Origin: Curvularia clavata
Lineage: Eukaryota
DNA length: 64,000 bases
Direction: 5' to 3'
NCBI GenBank assembly: GCA_023920165.1
Contig: CP089274.1
Coordinates: 5,146,001 to 5,210,000, forward strand
Shown here: positions 36,731 through 48,176 of the stretch, piece after piece
Numbering within the stretch: position 1 is the first letter of the stretch
Layout of the letters: each line of letters begins with the position of its first letter
The notes under the pieces: generated by a model
The model's database searches: none
Seen by the model: only the letters and a program-made list of their open reading frames with translations
What the model was told of the DNA's origin: nothing
Program-made: the position numbers and the translations under genes

Positions 36731-37808
36731 ATGGCACCCAAAGGCAAGGGCGATCAGCCCAAGGCGAAGAAGGTCGTCGTCGACAAGACCTTTGGTATGA
36801 AGAATAAGAAGGGAGGAGCCGCTCAGAAACAGATTGCGCAAATCAAAGCCACAGCTGCGTCTGGAGGCACACCTGATGAGAAGCGCAAAGCGGCAGAGAA
36901 GGCACAACGCGAAAAAGAAAAGGCCGCGGCCGAGGCGGCGCGCAAAGAAACCGCTGAGCTCTTCAAGCCAGTGCAAGTCCAGAAGGTCCCATTCGGAACC
37001 GATCCCAAGACGGTGCTATGTCAGTTCTTCAAGAAGGGCAACTGCGAAAAGGGCAAAAAGTGCAAGTTCAGTCACGATCTGGCTATTGAACGTAAGACCG
37101 AGAAGAGGAGCTTGTACACCGACAGCAGAGACCAGGAAAAGACAGAAGAAGAGGAGCGCAAGAAGAAGGACAACATGGATGACTGGGACGAGACCAAGCT
37201 ACGACAAGTGGTCTTGAGCAAGCATGGAAATCCTAAGACCACAACGGACAAAGTATGCAAGTACTTCATCCAGGCCATTGAGGACCAGAAATATGGTTGG
37301 TTCTGGACATGTCCGAACGGCGGAGACAAATGTTTCTATAGGCACTCTCTTCCACCTGGGTAAGTACAACACGCCACTGCCGAGTTCAGAGTATAGACTA
37401 ACATGCCACAGCTTCGTCATCAAGACCAAGGAGCAACGCGCAGCTGAGAAGGCCATGATGGCCAACTCCCCTCTCAACACTCTCACACTCGAGGACTTCC
37501 TCGAGTCCGAACGTCACAAGCTCACTGGAAAACTCACACCCGTCACACCTGAAACATTTGCCAAGTGGAAGAAGGAGCGTGTCGACAAGAAGCAGGCTGA
37601 AGAAGAAGCCAAGAGGATGAAGGAAGCCACTGGTAGGGCAATGTTCGAGAAGGGTGACTGGGCTCAAGACAGTGAAGACGATAGCAGTGATGGCGAGGAC
37701 GATGATGAGTGGAACTTGGAGTCTATGCGGAAAGAAACGGAGGCTGCGCGGGAAAGAAAAGAAGCAGAGCGCATTGCTGCCTCCATGGAGAAGGTGACTG
37801 TCTCTTGA
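36731..37808 (+). CDS. TMA46: Translation machinery-associated protein Tma46 (DFRP1/ZC3H15); intron 37360-37411
   Basis: DKTFGMKNKKG, two CCCH fingers, KYGWFWTCPNGGDKCFYRHSLPPG, TLEDFLESERHKL. Confidence 0.93.
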
Positions 37809-39416
37809 ACACCCACCACCTGTTTGGGTTAGACGCCCCCTGGGAGATTTGAGGAAGAGAACAGGCGGCGAAAGCTTGCCGGCTGCCACACAATGCTGAA
37901 AAAGCTTGCAGGGCAGGTCGAGTATCGCTGTGGGAAGCAACAGATTGAGTGTCCTTGTGGACCTGTCGCTGTGGGTTCGAGATGATCTTAAGCCCTAGCA
38001 TTCTCTATGCCACGTCACATATAATGGCAGATTACGAGGCTCGGGTGGCTTTTGTATCGTCTGGCGCTGGCGTCTCGGTTTGTAGGGGTTCCGGTATGAT
38101 AATTGTACGGGTTACGAAATACAACTGCGCTTGCATGAGCGACATGCTGTCATGTATTGATTGGGATGCATCATTGCGAAGCGAATCTATTCTTGCATGA
38201 CTCAGTGTTTATCTAATACTGACTCAAACGTCTGCCACTATAATGCTCATTCAGTGGATATCAAACCGGGGATTCGAATCTGACATCGTTGTTTTCTTGT
38301 CAAAGTTTGCCTTACATACGAATTGCAGTATGCTTGAAAAGAGTCGACAGATATGTCATGATATCTTGACCAAATCGAAGTGACTCCATCACAAGAACGC
38401 GTATCATGAAGACACTCATAACAAACTCGTCGATCACATGCGATACGGTTATCATTCTATCCAGTGGCGGTGAGCGTATTGTATATGTCAGGAACGTTCT
38501 TCTCGGGCCGAATTGCACGTGGGCATGAACAAAGTACACAACCAACAAAAAGAAAGTTCACGGGAAGGAAATACGGGAGCCGTCATGGTGGTGGTAGGAC
38601 GGGATGTGGAGGCGCTCCTGATCATTACATACTCGCAGATTCGTTCTCTCAACGCCTAGCCTGCCAGGCCGAAGGATTATTGGAGGGTTTTTCTCGGCAG
38701 CCTTGGTCCACTTCTGATTGGCTGTACGCAATCGTCTCGTACAAAGATAAAATAGATGTTGATACTCGTGATAAGACAAACACTTCAAGGAAAGAGGAAA
38801 CGGTAGATAGAGGCTCACCGAATGTGGAGAGGACCCAGTGCTGCTTGTCATCGAAAGACCCCCCCGAGATTTGAGCGAAGACTCTAGCCTGCATCGGGGT
38901 GCACTAGATACAAACGAGGCATAGCCAAAACGTGTCTTGGCAACTCAAATGCCGCGCTGCTGTTCCGCACACACTGCTGGTGATCCCCGCAGCATAACGG
39001 GACGCTGGTTCGGCCGTGTTGCTCTGGTGTACCAAGTCCCAGATTCTGGGGCCCTCTTCTAACCGAGTTTATTGCCGGTCACATTACACTCCCGATATGC
39101 TTTGCCATACTGCCGGCGGGTGACTGACGTCGTCCACTAGTCCAGGCTGGGTGCGGATGGTGTCAGTATAAATGGCAATGGGCTCGTTCATTAAGCCCGC
39201 TGGTCATCGACTTAGAATCCTGGTGTTTGATTAATCTATCCACTACTTTCATATCCTTACGGTACATCCATACAGCTGCATCGGCGATCATTCCTCTGGT
39301 ATAGCTAAGCACAAGGGCCTCTTCCTGGATCGATCATAGATTGTGGGGCTGTTGCGCATTCCCTTTTCTACACCACTATTCTTCCCCCTTCAAAGCGCTG
39401 AGTCGGAAGAAAAGCC

Positions 39417-41360
39417 ATGGTGGAAAACTACGATATTGTCATTGTCGGCGCAGGGCCCGTGGGTCTTTGTCTCTCAACATGCCTGGCAAGATGGGGCTAC
39501 AAGATCAAGCACATCGACAATCGAGCAGAACCTACTCCCACTGGTCGAGCAGACGGCATCCAGCCACGCTCACTGGATCTCCTTAGGAACATGGGTCTCA
39601 AGCGCAAGATTATGGAATATGAGCCAGCAAAGGTGTACGAGGTCGCGTTTTGGGACCCAAACCAGCAGGGTATCTACAGGACAGGCACATGGGCTAGTTG
39701 CCCCAAGTTCATCGACGCTCGATACCCATTCACCACCCTTCTCCACCAGGGAATGATTGAGCGAACCTTCATTGGTGACATTGAGAAGCACGGCGTCAAG
39801 ATCCAAAGACCATGGACCATCAAGGGATTCAAGAACGACGGCAAGGACAAGACTTACCCTATTGAAGTCCAAATGGAGCATGTAGATGGAGATATTCAGG
39901 AGGTTGTCCGAGCAAAGTACCTCTTCAGCGGAGAAGGTGCGAGGAGCTTTGTCCGAGAACAACTCGGAATCAAGATGATCTACAAAGATCCTATTGCCCA
40001 TGTCTGGGGAGTCATGGACGGTGTCGTGAGGACAAATTTCCCTGATATCAAGGTAAATACTCTCTAATTTTGCAAGTATCATTGATATGTGCTAACGAAA
40101 ATTCAGATGAAATGCACAATCCACTCAGACCACGGTTCCATAATGATTATTCCTCGCGAAAACAACCTGGTCCGCCTCTACATTCAAGTCGCCTCTTCAA
40201 CCGACAAGGACTGGAACCCCCGCAAGACTGCTACCGCAGAGGAGGTCCAAGCCCATGCTAAGAAGATTATGAAGCCATACACCATCACTTGGGACCGTGT
40301 GGAATGGTACTCTGTCTACCCCATTGGTCAGGGTATTGCAGAGCGTTACACCCTTGACGAGCGCGTCTTCATGGGTGGTGATGCATGCCACACTCACAGC
40401 CCGAAGGCAGGTCAAGGTATGAACACTGCGTTCCTGGACGCCGTAAACTTTGCCTGGAAGATTCACCATGTGGAGAGCGGGTGGGCACCCCGATCTATTC
40501 TATCCACATACGAATCCGAGCGCAAGCTCATCGCGGAAACCCTTCTCGACTTCGACGCAAAGTACGCTAAGCTCTTCTCCACCCGTATCCCTTCAGCAGG
40601 AGAAGTTGCTGGCGCCTCGGAAAAGGACGCACCAGAAGACAACGAGTTCATCAAGACCTTCAAGGCCAGCTGCGAATTCACTAGCGGATACGGCGTGGCA
40701 TACAAACCCAACATGATCAACTGGGGCCCCGAACACGCTGCCCAGCACCCCCTCGTCCTCTCATACCCCCAAGGCACCACCCAAAGAACCGGCAGAATCC
40801 TCACCCCAGCCACCGTCACGCGCGTCGTCGACGCCAACGTCGTCCACCTCGAGCAAGAAATCCCCCTGAACGGCTCCTACCGCATCTTCATCTTCGGCGG
40901 CAGCCTCGACAAGAGCGCAAAAGCCATCAAGGACCTCGCTACCAACATGTCTTCGCCAAACTCCTTCTTCAACGCCTTCCTCCACCCAGATCTCAAGGAG
41001 AAAGATCGCTACCACGAACACCACAACCCCCACTCCGACTTTTTGTCCCTTGCGCTCGTCTTCTCGCAACCGAGGTCAAGCATCCATATCGACGAGCAAT
41101 TGCCTCAGCCTTTTGCCCGCTACGCAGATCACATCTACGCCGACGACGTGTGGGACCACCGTGTCCCCGATGCCAAAGCCGCGGCGCACGCAAAGATGGG
41201 TCTGGACGAGCAAACGGGCGGTGTTATCGTCGTACGACCTGACGGCTACGTCGGTGTTGTGGTCAAGCTTGAAGAGGGCACGGGAACTTGTGACGCGCTG
41301 AACAGCTGGTTCGGAGTCGTGACGGGGAAGAAGCTGGGTAGTGGACGGGCGAGCTTGTAA
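39417..41360 (+). CDS. FAD-dependent phenol 2-monooxygenase; intron 40053-40106
   Basis: [34 protein letters not shown] and C-terminal VVRPDGYVG. Confidence 0.92.
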
Positions 41361-42067
41361 ATGATGGAATGGTGGCTGGGTCGTGTAAAAAAAAAGATCA
41401 CTGGGTGGTTTTAATCGTTTAGGATGTATTGCATAGCGCTTTCTGGTTGAGTCTTGTAAATATCTTTTCAGTAAAGAAATTCAATGGTCAAACGATATCT
41501 TGTGTTAGTCTTCTTAAAGCCACCGTGATCCAATGATCTTGGAGATTGATTAAAATGTACGTTGGCCATTTTACAATTGCTACGAGCATGGCTCGTTGTT
41601 ACATTTACCTCACGCGAAGCGCACTAGTTGTTCGAAACTTCTTCCAGTATTCTGTGCATGTATGTCGTGCCACCTTGCTCTTACTCTATACCGCTCAGGG
41701 TCTAGTGCATCAGTGCCTACGAGGTTATGCATTCAGTAAAGATACACTGGGATCACGTGCGTAGCATGGATTGCCTCGGCCAGAAATAGTTTGGTATGGG
41801 TACATAGTACAATTGACAGAAAAAAAGACACGGAAAGAACTCTTCTTCTCCACCTCTTGCGTGTACGCACCTTGTCCAAGACCTAGATACACTGATTAGT
41901 ACATATACGGAGACAACACTCATATCAGCGCTCTTCGCACGAACAGACATTGAGACCAAAGTCTAGATTTCTATAGTTACAGAATGTCTATACAGCCATA
42001 CATTACCATCATGGTGGTGATCCCAACGCCATACTATCGCAACACATCCAACCTCTAACCCCCCTAC

Positions 42068-43148
42068 TTAATTCACCACCCTCTTCATCTGCGCCGCCTG
42101 TCTCGGCTCAATAAACAGCGCCTCAGCCTCCGTAAGCACAAGACCATCCTTCTTTCCCTCTTCCCACTCCGCAGCCTTAGGAAGCGTCTCCAACCGGCCC
42201 TTAACCCACGCCTTCCTGCCATCGACCTTTGTTGTCTCAGCATGCAGCACGACAATCTGGCCCGCCATGCACGGCGCCTTGTAGTTGATGGTCAGACTGG
42301 CTGTGACACCGACTTTGTTTGGCAGCGCGGGGAAACAGCAACGTGCGAGGCCCTCATCGAGCAGTGTGGCTAGAAGGCCTCCGTGCACGATGCCTGGGTG
42401 TCCGCATAGCGCACTGCCCAGGTACTGTATCGAAACAAACTGCGAGCCATCGGTTGTTGAGAATTGTAGTGGCGGTACAGCAATCTTGTCTGCGCCAAGG
42501 AGTGTTCCGCCTGTGAGATTCTGTGCGCGGAGTTGCTCTGGAATCTTAAGATGCGGGCGTGAAGCGATGAATTTTGAGTCTTCAAGCAGGCTCTTGGTGA
42601 GGGGGTGCTCAAATATGCTCTTCTCGATTTCTGAGAGTTCTTCGGTGGTGGGAGTGTAGAGTTCGAGCGTCTCGGCGTCGGTCGGTGGGTTGGCGAGTTC
42701 TTGGAGGGACTGGAGTGCGGGTGCGCCTGCCATGATGAAGCCGGTGGTGAAAGTCAAGAACGTAAGGGCGAGCGCAATAGGTAAACGTATGTACACAGGG
42801 CGTTTCGTAGAAGGCTTTGCGTTTGGAGGAGGTACGGAAGTCGCCTGGGAAGTTTGCGATTGTGCGGATGGTGATGCTGTGAAATGGTTTAGTTACGGGC
42901 CCGTATCATATCTGTTGTGCCAACAACGCCGCTCGTTGCTGTCATCCGACCGTCGGGACGGGTATAAGGCTCTTACCTATATCGCTCTGTCGCCTTATCT
43001 GTCTAGCAGCGGATGACCACGTTGCCTGCGAGACGCTTTCATCTTTTATACCAGGTCCGCCGACTCCGCGCCGCACCAATGGCGTCCTGCTACCAATGCC
43101 CCGATAGCGACCCACATGCCTAAATATGGCAGACCTTGCGGAAATCAT
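42068..43148 (-). CDS. Hotdog-fold thioesterase (THEM4/PaaI-like), probably mitochondrial; exons 43148-42977 and 42876-42068
   Basis: LCGHPGIVHGGLLATLLDE motif; upstream exon MISARSAIFRHVGRYRG is Arg-rich and splices in frame; one TM segment. Confidence 0.82.
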
Positions 43149-43870
43149 GGCTATCCCACGCCTAGAAGCAGAGACTTTCCGGCTAGTCGATTGTTGCGAT
43201 CCGAGTCGGTGAGGGTCTGATAGCAACACAGGTTCCGCGCACAGCTCGGACCTTCGGAATGATGTGCCTCGGCTCAAGGAACGCCCGTTTTACGTACGCA
43301 ACCCTTCCAAGGAAATTTCTTGCCTGGTAGGCCAAGACAGAAGACGGAGCGCCAATGTTGGCGACATGAAACCTCCAATGGAACATGTATGGCTCGGCCG
43401 ATGGATTGGTAAGGAGTTTGTGCTTCGCTAGAAAGCCCCTATTTCTCAACAAGATGCCCTCGATACCCAGTCACACTCGGGACTGATGGAACTCGACGCC
43501 ACATACTATATCATGTACAAGTCTGAGTGCAAGTGTTTGGTTCATTTCCCACAGCCTCTGTCATTACATGCTTTGGGCTGTCCATACTCCCTTTGCAACT
43601 TTCCATTCAATCATCATACTATACATACAGAGTAGAGAAGTGTGTCATGTCGAACGCCGTGTTCGTCTGTAACGCTCGTCTATCCACTTCCAGAGAACAA
43701 ATCGAATTACCCGGTGTAAAGACTGGGTTCATAATAAAACAAGACTGCTGAATCTTTTGGACGCCAAAGATGCCGAAAGAACAGAAGCGCCAATATGAAA
43801 ATGCGAACAGAGAGTGTAGTTGTACAGTGGGGGCGCTGATGGAAAAGGGGGATTTGAGTTACTGAGTAGC

Positions 43871-45586
43871 TCAGTAATAGTCCCTGGCACTCTTTTGCAG
43901 CTCGATCAATCTCCAACCTCTTGTTTCGGGGTTGTTGACGTCTTCTGGTATCCTGGTGACACCAATGGCATACGTGACTTGCTGAACCTTGTCATCCATT
44001 CCAGATGCCAACTCTCCACTCTTTGCGTTGCGGTAAACGTGGACTTCTTGAGTTCGGCAGGTGAGAATGAAGACAGGGATCTCTCCTGGCTCCAGAAGCT
44101 TTGCGTTGAGGACATCAACACCGCGGATATCCACAATCTTTCCGTCAGACTTGAGGCCAGCGGCTTGGTATTGTTGCATCAGCGCAGCGTAGACAGAGTA
44201 CTGGGCGGCCGACAGCCACTCTTTCAGGACAGCAACGTCACCCTTGACGTATGCATCCAAAACCTCGGGCAAGATGTACTCGCGCATCTCTGTCAGGAAA
44301 GACTCCATCTGGAAGTTGGGGTCCATTTCTCGGAACTTCTTGATCACCATGGCGGTCTCGTTCTCAGCGAAGAATCCAGTGATGCGGTCCGAGATGCTAC
44401 GAGCAGTCTCAATGAGGGGGTTGTCAGACTCCCTATAGACGGCCTTCATGCTGAAGAAGCCTTGGGCAAGCTTGGAGTTGTCCTTCCACTCCCTCCATAC
44501 CTCCTTGTACTTCGCATCCTTGTGCAATGTTACGTTGGTACCGGCACTGTGCAATGTTAGCCAACATTCATGGAGTTGCTCAAGTTTGTCTTACTTTGGA
44601 TCCTCTTCCATTGGTCCAAGAGTCTTGCCACCAGTTCGCTTGAGTTCGTTGAGTTCACGCAACTCTCGTCTCCTCCTCCGCTCTTCCTTCTCAACCCAGC
44701 CGCCATACCTCGATGAGCTGCCGTCATCAATGGTTTCTTTCACAGCTTGGAAAGCCTTGGTCTGTCGCACTGGTCTGGTTGCATACTCGATACCACTTCC
44801 AGTAACCCTGGCAGCAGCACGAACGCCCTTCACAGGCATAGTATCCCATGTCCAAGCAGCACCCTGGCCCACAGCTGACGCAGTCGCTTTCAATGCCTCA
44901 GTTGTCTTTGTCTTTGCAGCCTCGGAGATTTCACTAGCTTTCTTGACATTGGGGTTTTGCTGGAAGTCATGTAGAGCGCCGCCCAATTGCTTTGTGCCCT
45001 CATTCCAATCTTTGGATGCCTGGAATTCCTGCTTCAGCGTCTCAGTGAAGACTTGCCAGGGAGTCTTGTCGCCGTGGGGCGGAGGTGGGGGTGCATCCTC
45101 TTTCCCTTTTTTCTGACCCTCCTCGCCTTCTTTTTGCTCACCAGACTCCTCCTCGCCCTCTTTCTTCTCCTTTGCCTCTTCACCTTCTTTTGTCGCCTGG
45201 TCACCTGCAGCGTTCTCTGCGTTGCTGCCTTCGGAGGTAGACTTCTTAGCCTCCGACTTCGGCGCAGGTTCTTCGTCCTTTACGCTTTTTTGGTTTTGTG
45301 CTTGCTCGTACAGGGCAGATCGAGAAGAGAAGTGGCGGGCGTATGCGGAAGATGTGCGGAAGACTACATCGTGGGGCAGGAAGTCACTGCGAAGGAATGG
45401 CTGTGACAATTGCGAGGATGCCAATGGCAGAGAGGTCTGTAAAACAGAAGCCTGCGATGTTCGAGGTAACGTCGATATCCGCCTATACGCTGTAGCTCGT
45501 CCGTAGGTGGTTGCTGGTGTTGCAGCGGCGGGTTGTAGGCTCCATCGCGCACTGGCGGCAAATGTGCTTGCGGTCGGCGGTCTCAT
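43871..45586 (-). CDS. TIM44: Mitochondrial import translocase subunit Tim44; intron 44547-44594
   Basis: Presequence, SSRYGGWVEKEERR, FFAENETAMVIKKFREMDPNF, CRTQEVHVYRN. Confidence 0.95.
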
Positions 45587-45828
45587 GCTCTAAAAGTTTA
45601 CAGAATAGAATCTTGAATCTGAAATTTCAAAATATGACTGGCCCAGGAAGGGTGCGTTTGGAGCGTGGCCGCGGCAAATGTTGGGTGAAAACGTCAGGCG
45701 GCATTGCCATCTTTTTCCGCATCGGCCATTCGGCAATGCCAAGCATCGTAACTTCGCAACTTTCTCTGACATTCTAGCTCACCACCGTATCCTCAGTCTT
45801 GATTGGGGCAACTATCACGGTCACCAAC

Positions 45829-46488
45829 ATGGCTCAAAATACAGCGCTACGGACATTCCGGTCCCTCACATGCACAATTGCCGCATCATGTCGGCAGGCG
45901 CAATCGCTGCGACCCTTTACACAGAGCACGCGGATGCTCAATGCAGCGCCCACCGACCGCAATAAACCCGAACAGTCCATGGACTCGCTGCTATCCAACG
46001 TGTCGCAGAACTTTCGTCAAGCGGGAAACGATCAATTCCAATTTTCGTCCATCATTCCGAGCGCAGACGGCCTCCCCACAGTCCGCAACCTAGCCCAGCG
46101 CGAATGGGAAGAAGACGACAAGCACAAACTACATGTCTACGCAACCAAACACAACACACATCTCTGCCTTACCAGACCCAACCGCGATCCCTTGATCTCA
46201 GTATCATGTGGAAACATCGGCTTCAGGAAAGCAGGGAGGGGCACATACGATGCTGCCTATCAACTAGCGGCCTTCCTCATGAACAGAATCCAAGACAAAG
46301 GCCTGTTGCCACAAATCAAGAAATTGGAGCTGATCTATAGAGGATTTGGACCAGGAAGAGAAGCTGTCACAAAGGCGATATTGGGAGCCGAGGGAAAGAG
46401 AATAAGGCCGTTGATTGTCAAACTGGCAGACTCGACAAGATTGAAGTTTGGTGGTGTGAGGAGCAAAAAGCCGAGGAGATTGGGTTAA
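45829..46488 (+). CDS. MRPS18: Mitochondrial ribosomal protein uS11m
   Basis: Presequence; HVYATKHNTH, SCGNIGFRKAGRG, RGFGPGRE, FGGVRSKKPRRLG. Confidence 0.9.
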   Translation: MAQNTALRTFRSLTCTIAASCRQAQSLRPFTQSTRMLNAAPTDRNKPEQSMDSLLSNVSQNFRQAGNDQFQFSSIIPSADGLPTVRNLAQREWEEDDKHKLHVYATKHNTHLCLTRPNRDPLISVSCGNIGFRKAGRGTYDAAYQLAAFLMNRIQDKGLLPQIKKLELIYRGFGPGREAVTKAILGAEGKRIRPLIVKLADSTRLKFGGVRSKKPRRLG

Positions 46489-46656
46489 AGTCTTTGGATT
46501 GTGTCTGTGGACAACACCAGCCGAATGATGGGGACTGTACGATTATAACGCGGGTCTATCAGCCATTCATGAATACAGCCAATTGGTGCCAAACGTGCGA
46601 ACCTCATGAAAAAGTAGTGCATATGCAAGCGACGACGGAGCAAGCCAATTTGAGAG

Positions 46657-47516
46657 TCATGTCAAATTTCTCGGGAGTGGCGCCCTTTCAGCGGGCGGCA
46701 TAGTCCTACCGCTAGAATCTGTTTCCGCGATGTTAACAAGCCTGGGTGCAAGATTTCTGGCCTCATGCCTAATAGACCCTCTTGTGCCTCCCTGATCACC
46801 ACGACTACTTCCAGCAGGATAGTTTGTGTTCTCCCAACCCCTAGTCTCCTGAGCTGTCCGAGCGCGTTCTCGCTCTCGGTCGTGCCGCAGCATTGAGGAA
46901 CCTTCGTCTTCGAACTCTTCGTCTAGTAACTCTCCATCCGCAGTATCATAATCCGGTGGTGCTATCCATTCCCGTGGTACTACGCATGGTAGAGCGACGC
47001 CGATGCTAGCCGCACGGTTCAGATAACCTGGGGCTGGGCGTCCGGTAAGCTTCTCGCAAAGGTATGATGTGAAGTGATTGCAGTTCTTCGTAAGAAGATT
47101 GTACGAAGTTCCTTGGAATTCTTGTGAGGCCTACAAAGAGTCAGTTGAGTGGCTTGCACATTTCCGGTATTCCAGACCTCTTGTATTATAGCATCGAGCT
47201 CTTCGGCAGGGCGAAATGAGAAGCCGTGTAGGATCGCTTGCTTGAACGTGCCACCTGGAGGCTCTAACCCAGGTTTGGTCCAGTACACCCCCGTGAGGTC
47301 CCGCCGGTCGTGTCCTCCGTATGCGTATTCCTTATCGCCAATAACTACACCGGAATGCAAGAGTGAGCTGCCAATTGCCCAGAGGATAGTCGAGATTTTG
47401 CCCGGAGGCAGCAGGTCATAGACATTGATAATGACTTCGGTTCTCTGCATAGACAGTGTGTTCCGGTGTTGGCTGGAACTCACCCGCGCGGGTTTTGGTC
47501 GCGTGGAGGATGCCAT
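46657..47516 (-). CDS. PPPDE/DeSI-family cysteine isopeptidase; intron 47131-47177
   Basis: INVYDL, catalytic His in HSGVVIGDKEYAYG, and YNLLTKNCNHF after splicing. Confidence 0.9.
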
Positions 47517-48176
47517 TCTGTGCGCTTTTCTACGTATTATCTGGGTATAGCATGTACTGCCGTAGGTATTTCTGTTGTAGTACCACAGACGAGGGGTGGG
47601 GTATCATGGACACTGGCAAAGGGACGTTTAGTACTGAGGATGCGGCTCGGTAAAGGCCATAGGGCGGGACAGATGAGGCCAGTGGACCGGGGCCAGCCGG
47701 TGAAGTGATATGCGGAGAACGAGGTGTGGGGACCAGAGATAGAGGATGGGGACGGAGGCCTCATGGCCGTGGATGCGCAACACCGCTGTTTGGCGGTCCG
47801 CGATGCAGCGGCGCGGCTAGCAGCACTCAGGCCTGGTTGCCGCTCTGGGACTAGCGCCGAAGCCATGCCAAGCGAGCTCAGGCGGTCTTAGCACGGAAAT
47901 TTAAGCTGTAAAATTCGATTGGACTCCAGTCAACCAACCAACCCAGCAAACGCAGGAGAGCGGCTGCAAGTCACTCTCCCACCCCTCTATTTCATCACGC
48001 CCCCCACCAAGCTTCTCACATTTTCTTTCTCTTCTTTGATACCCACTTTTTACCGCCCGACAGCAAGTACTGTCTGCCAATTTTCGGCGTCTTTACCCTC
48101 TCATTCTACTCCCGCCAAATTTTTCATCGCCCTCACAGCTACCCGCACCTACGCCTCGGCGCCCAAGAAGAAAAAA

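Noticed and set aside
39123..39167. Imperfect inverted repeat before a TATAAA upstream of the phenol monooxygenase
   Set aside because: Depends on three G-U pairs and probably lies upstream of the TSS.
43820..44560. 246-aa plus-strand ORF, and many similar antisense ORFs over SSD1, OLA1 and the sirtuin
   Set aside because: Shadow frames of GC-rich, codon-biased genes with no recognisable motifs.
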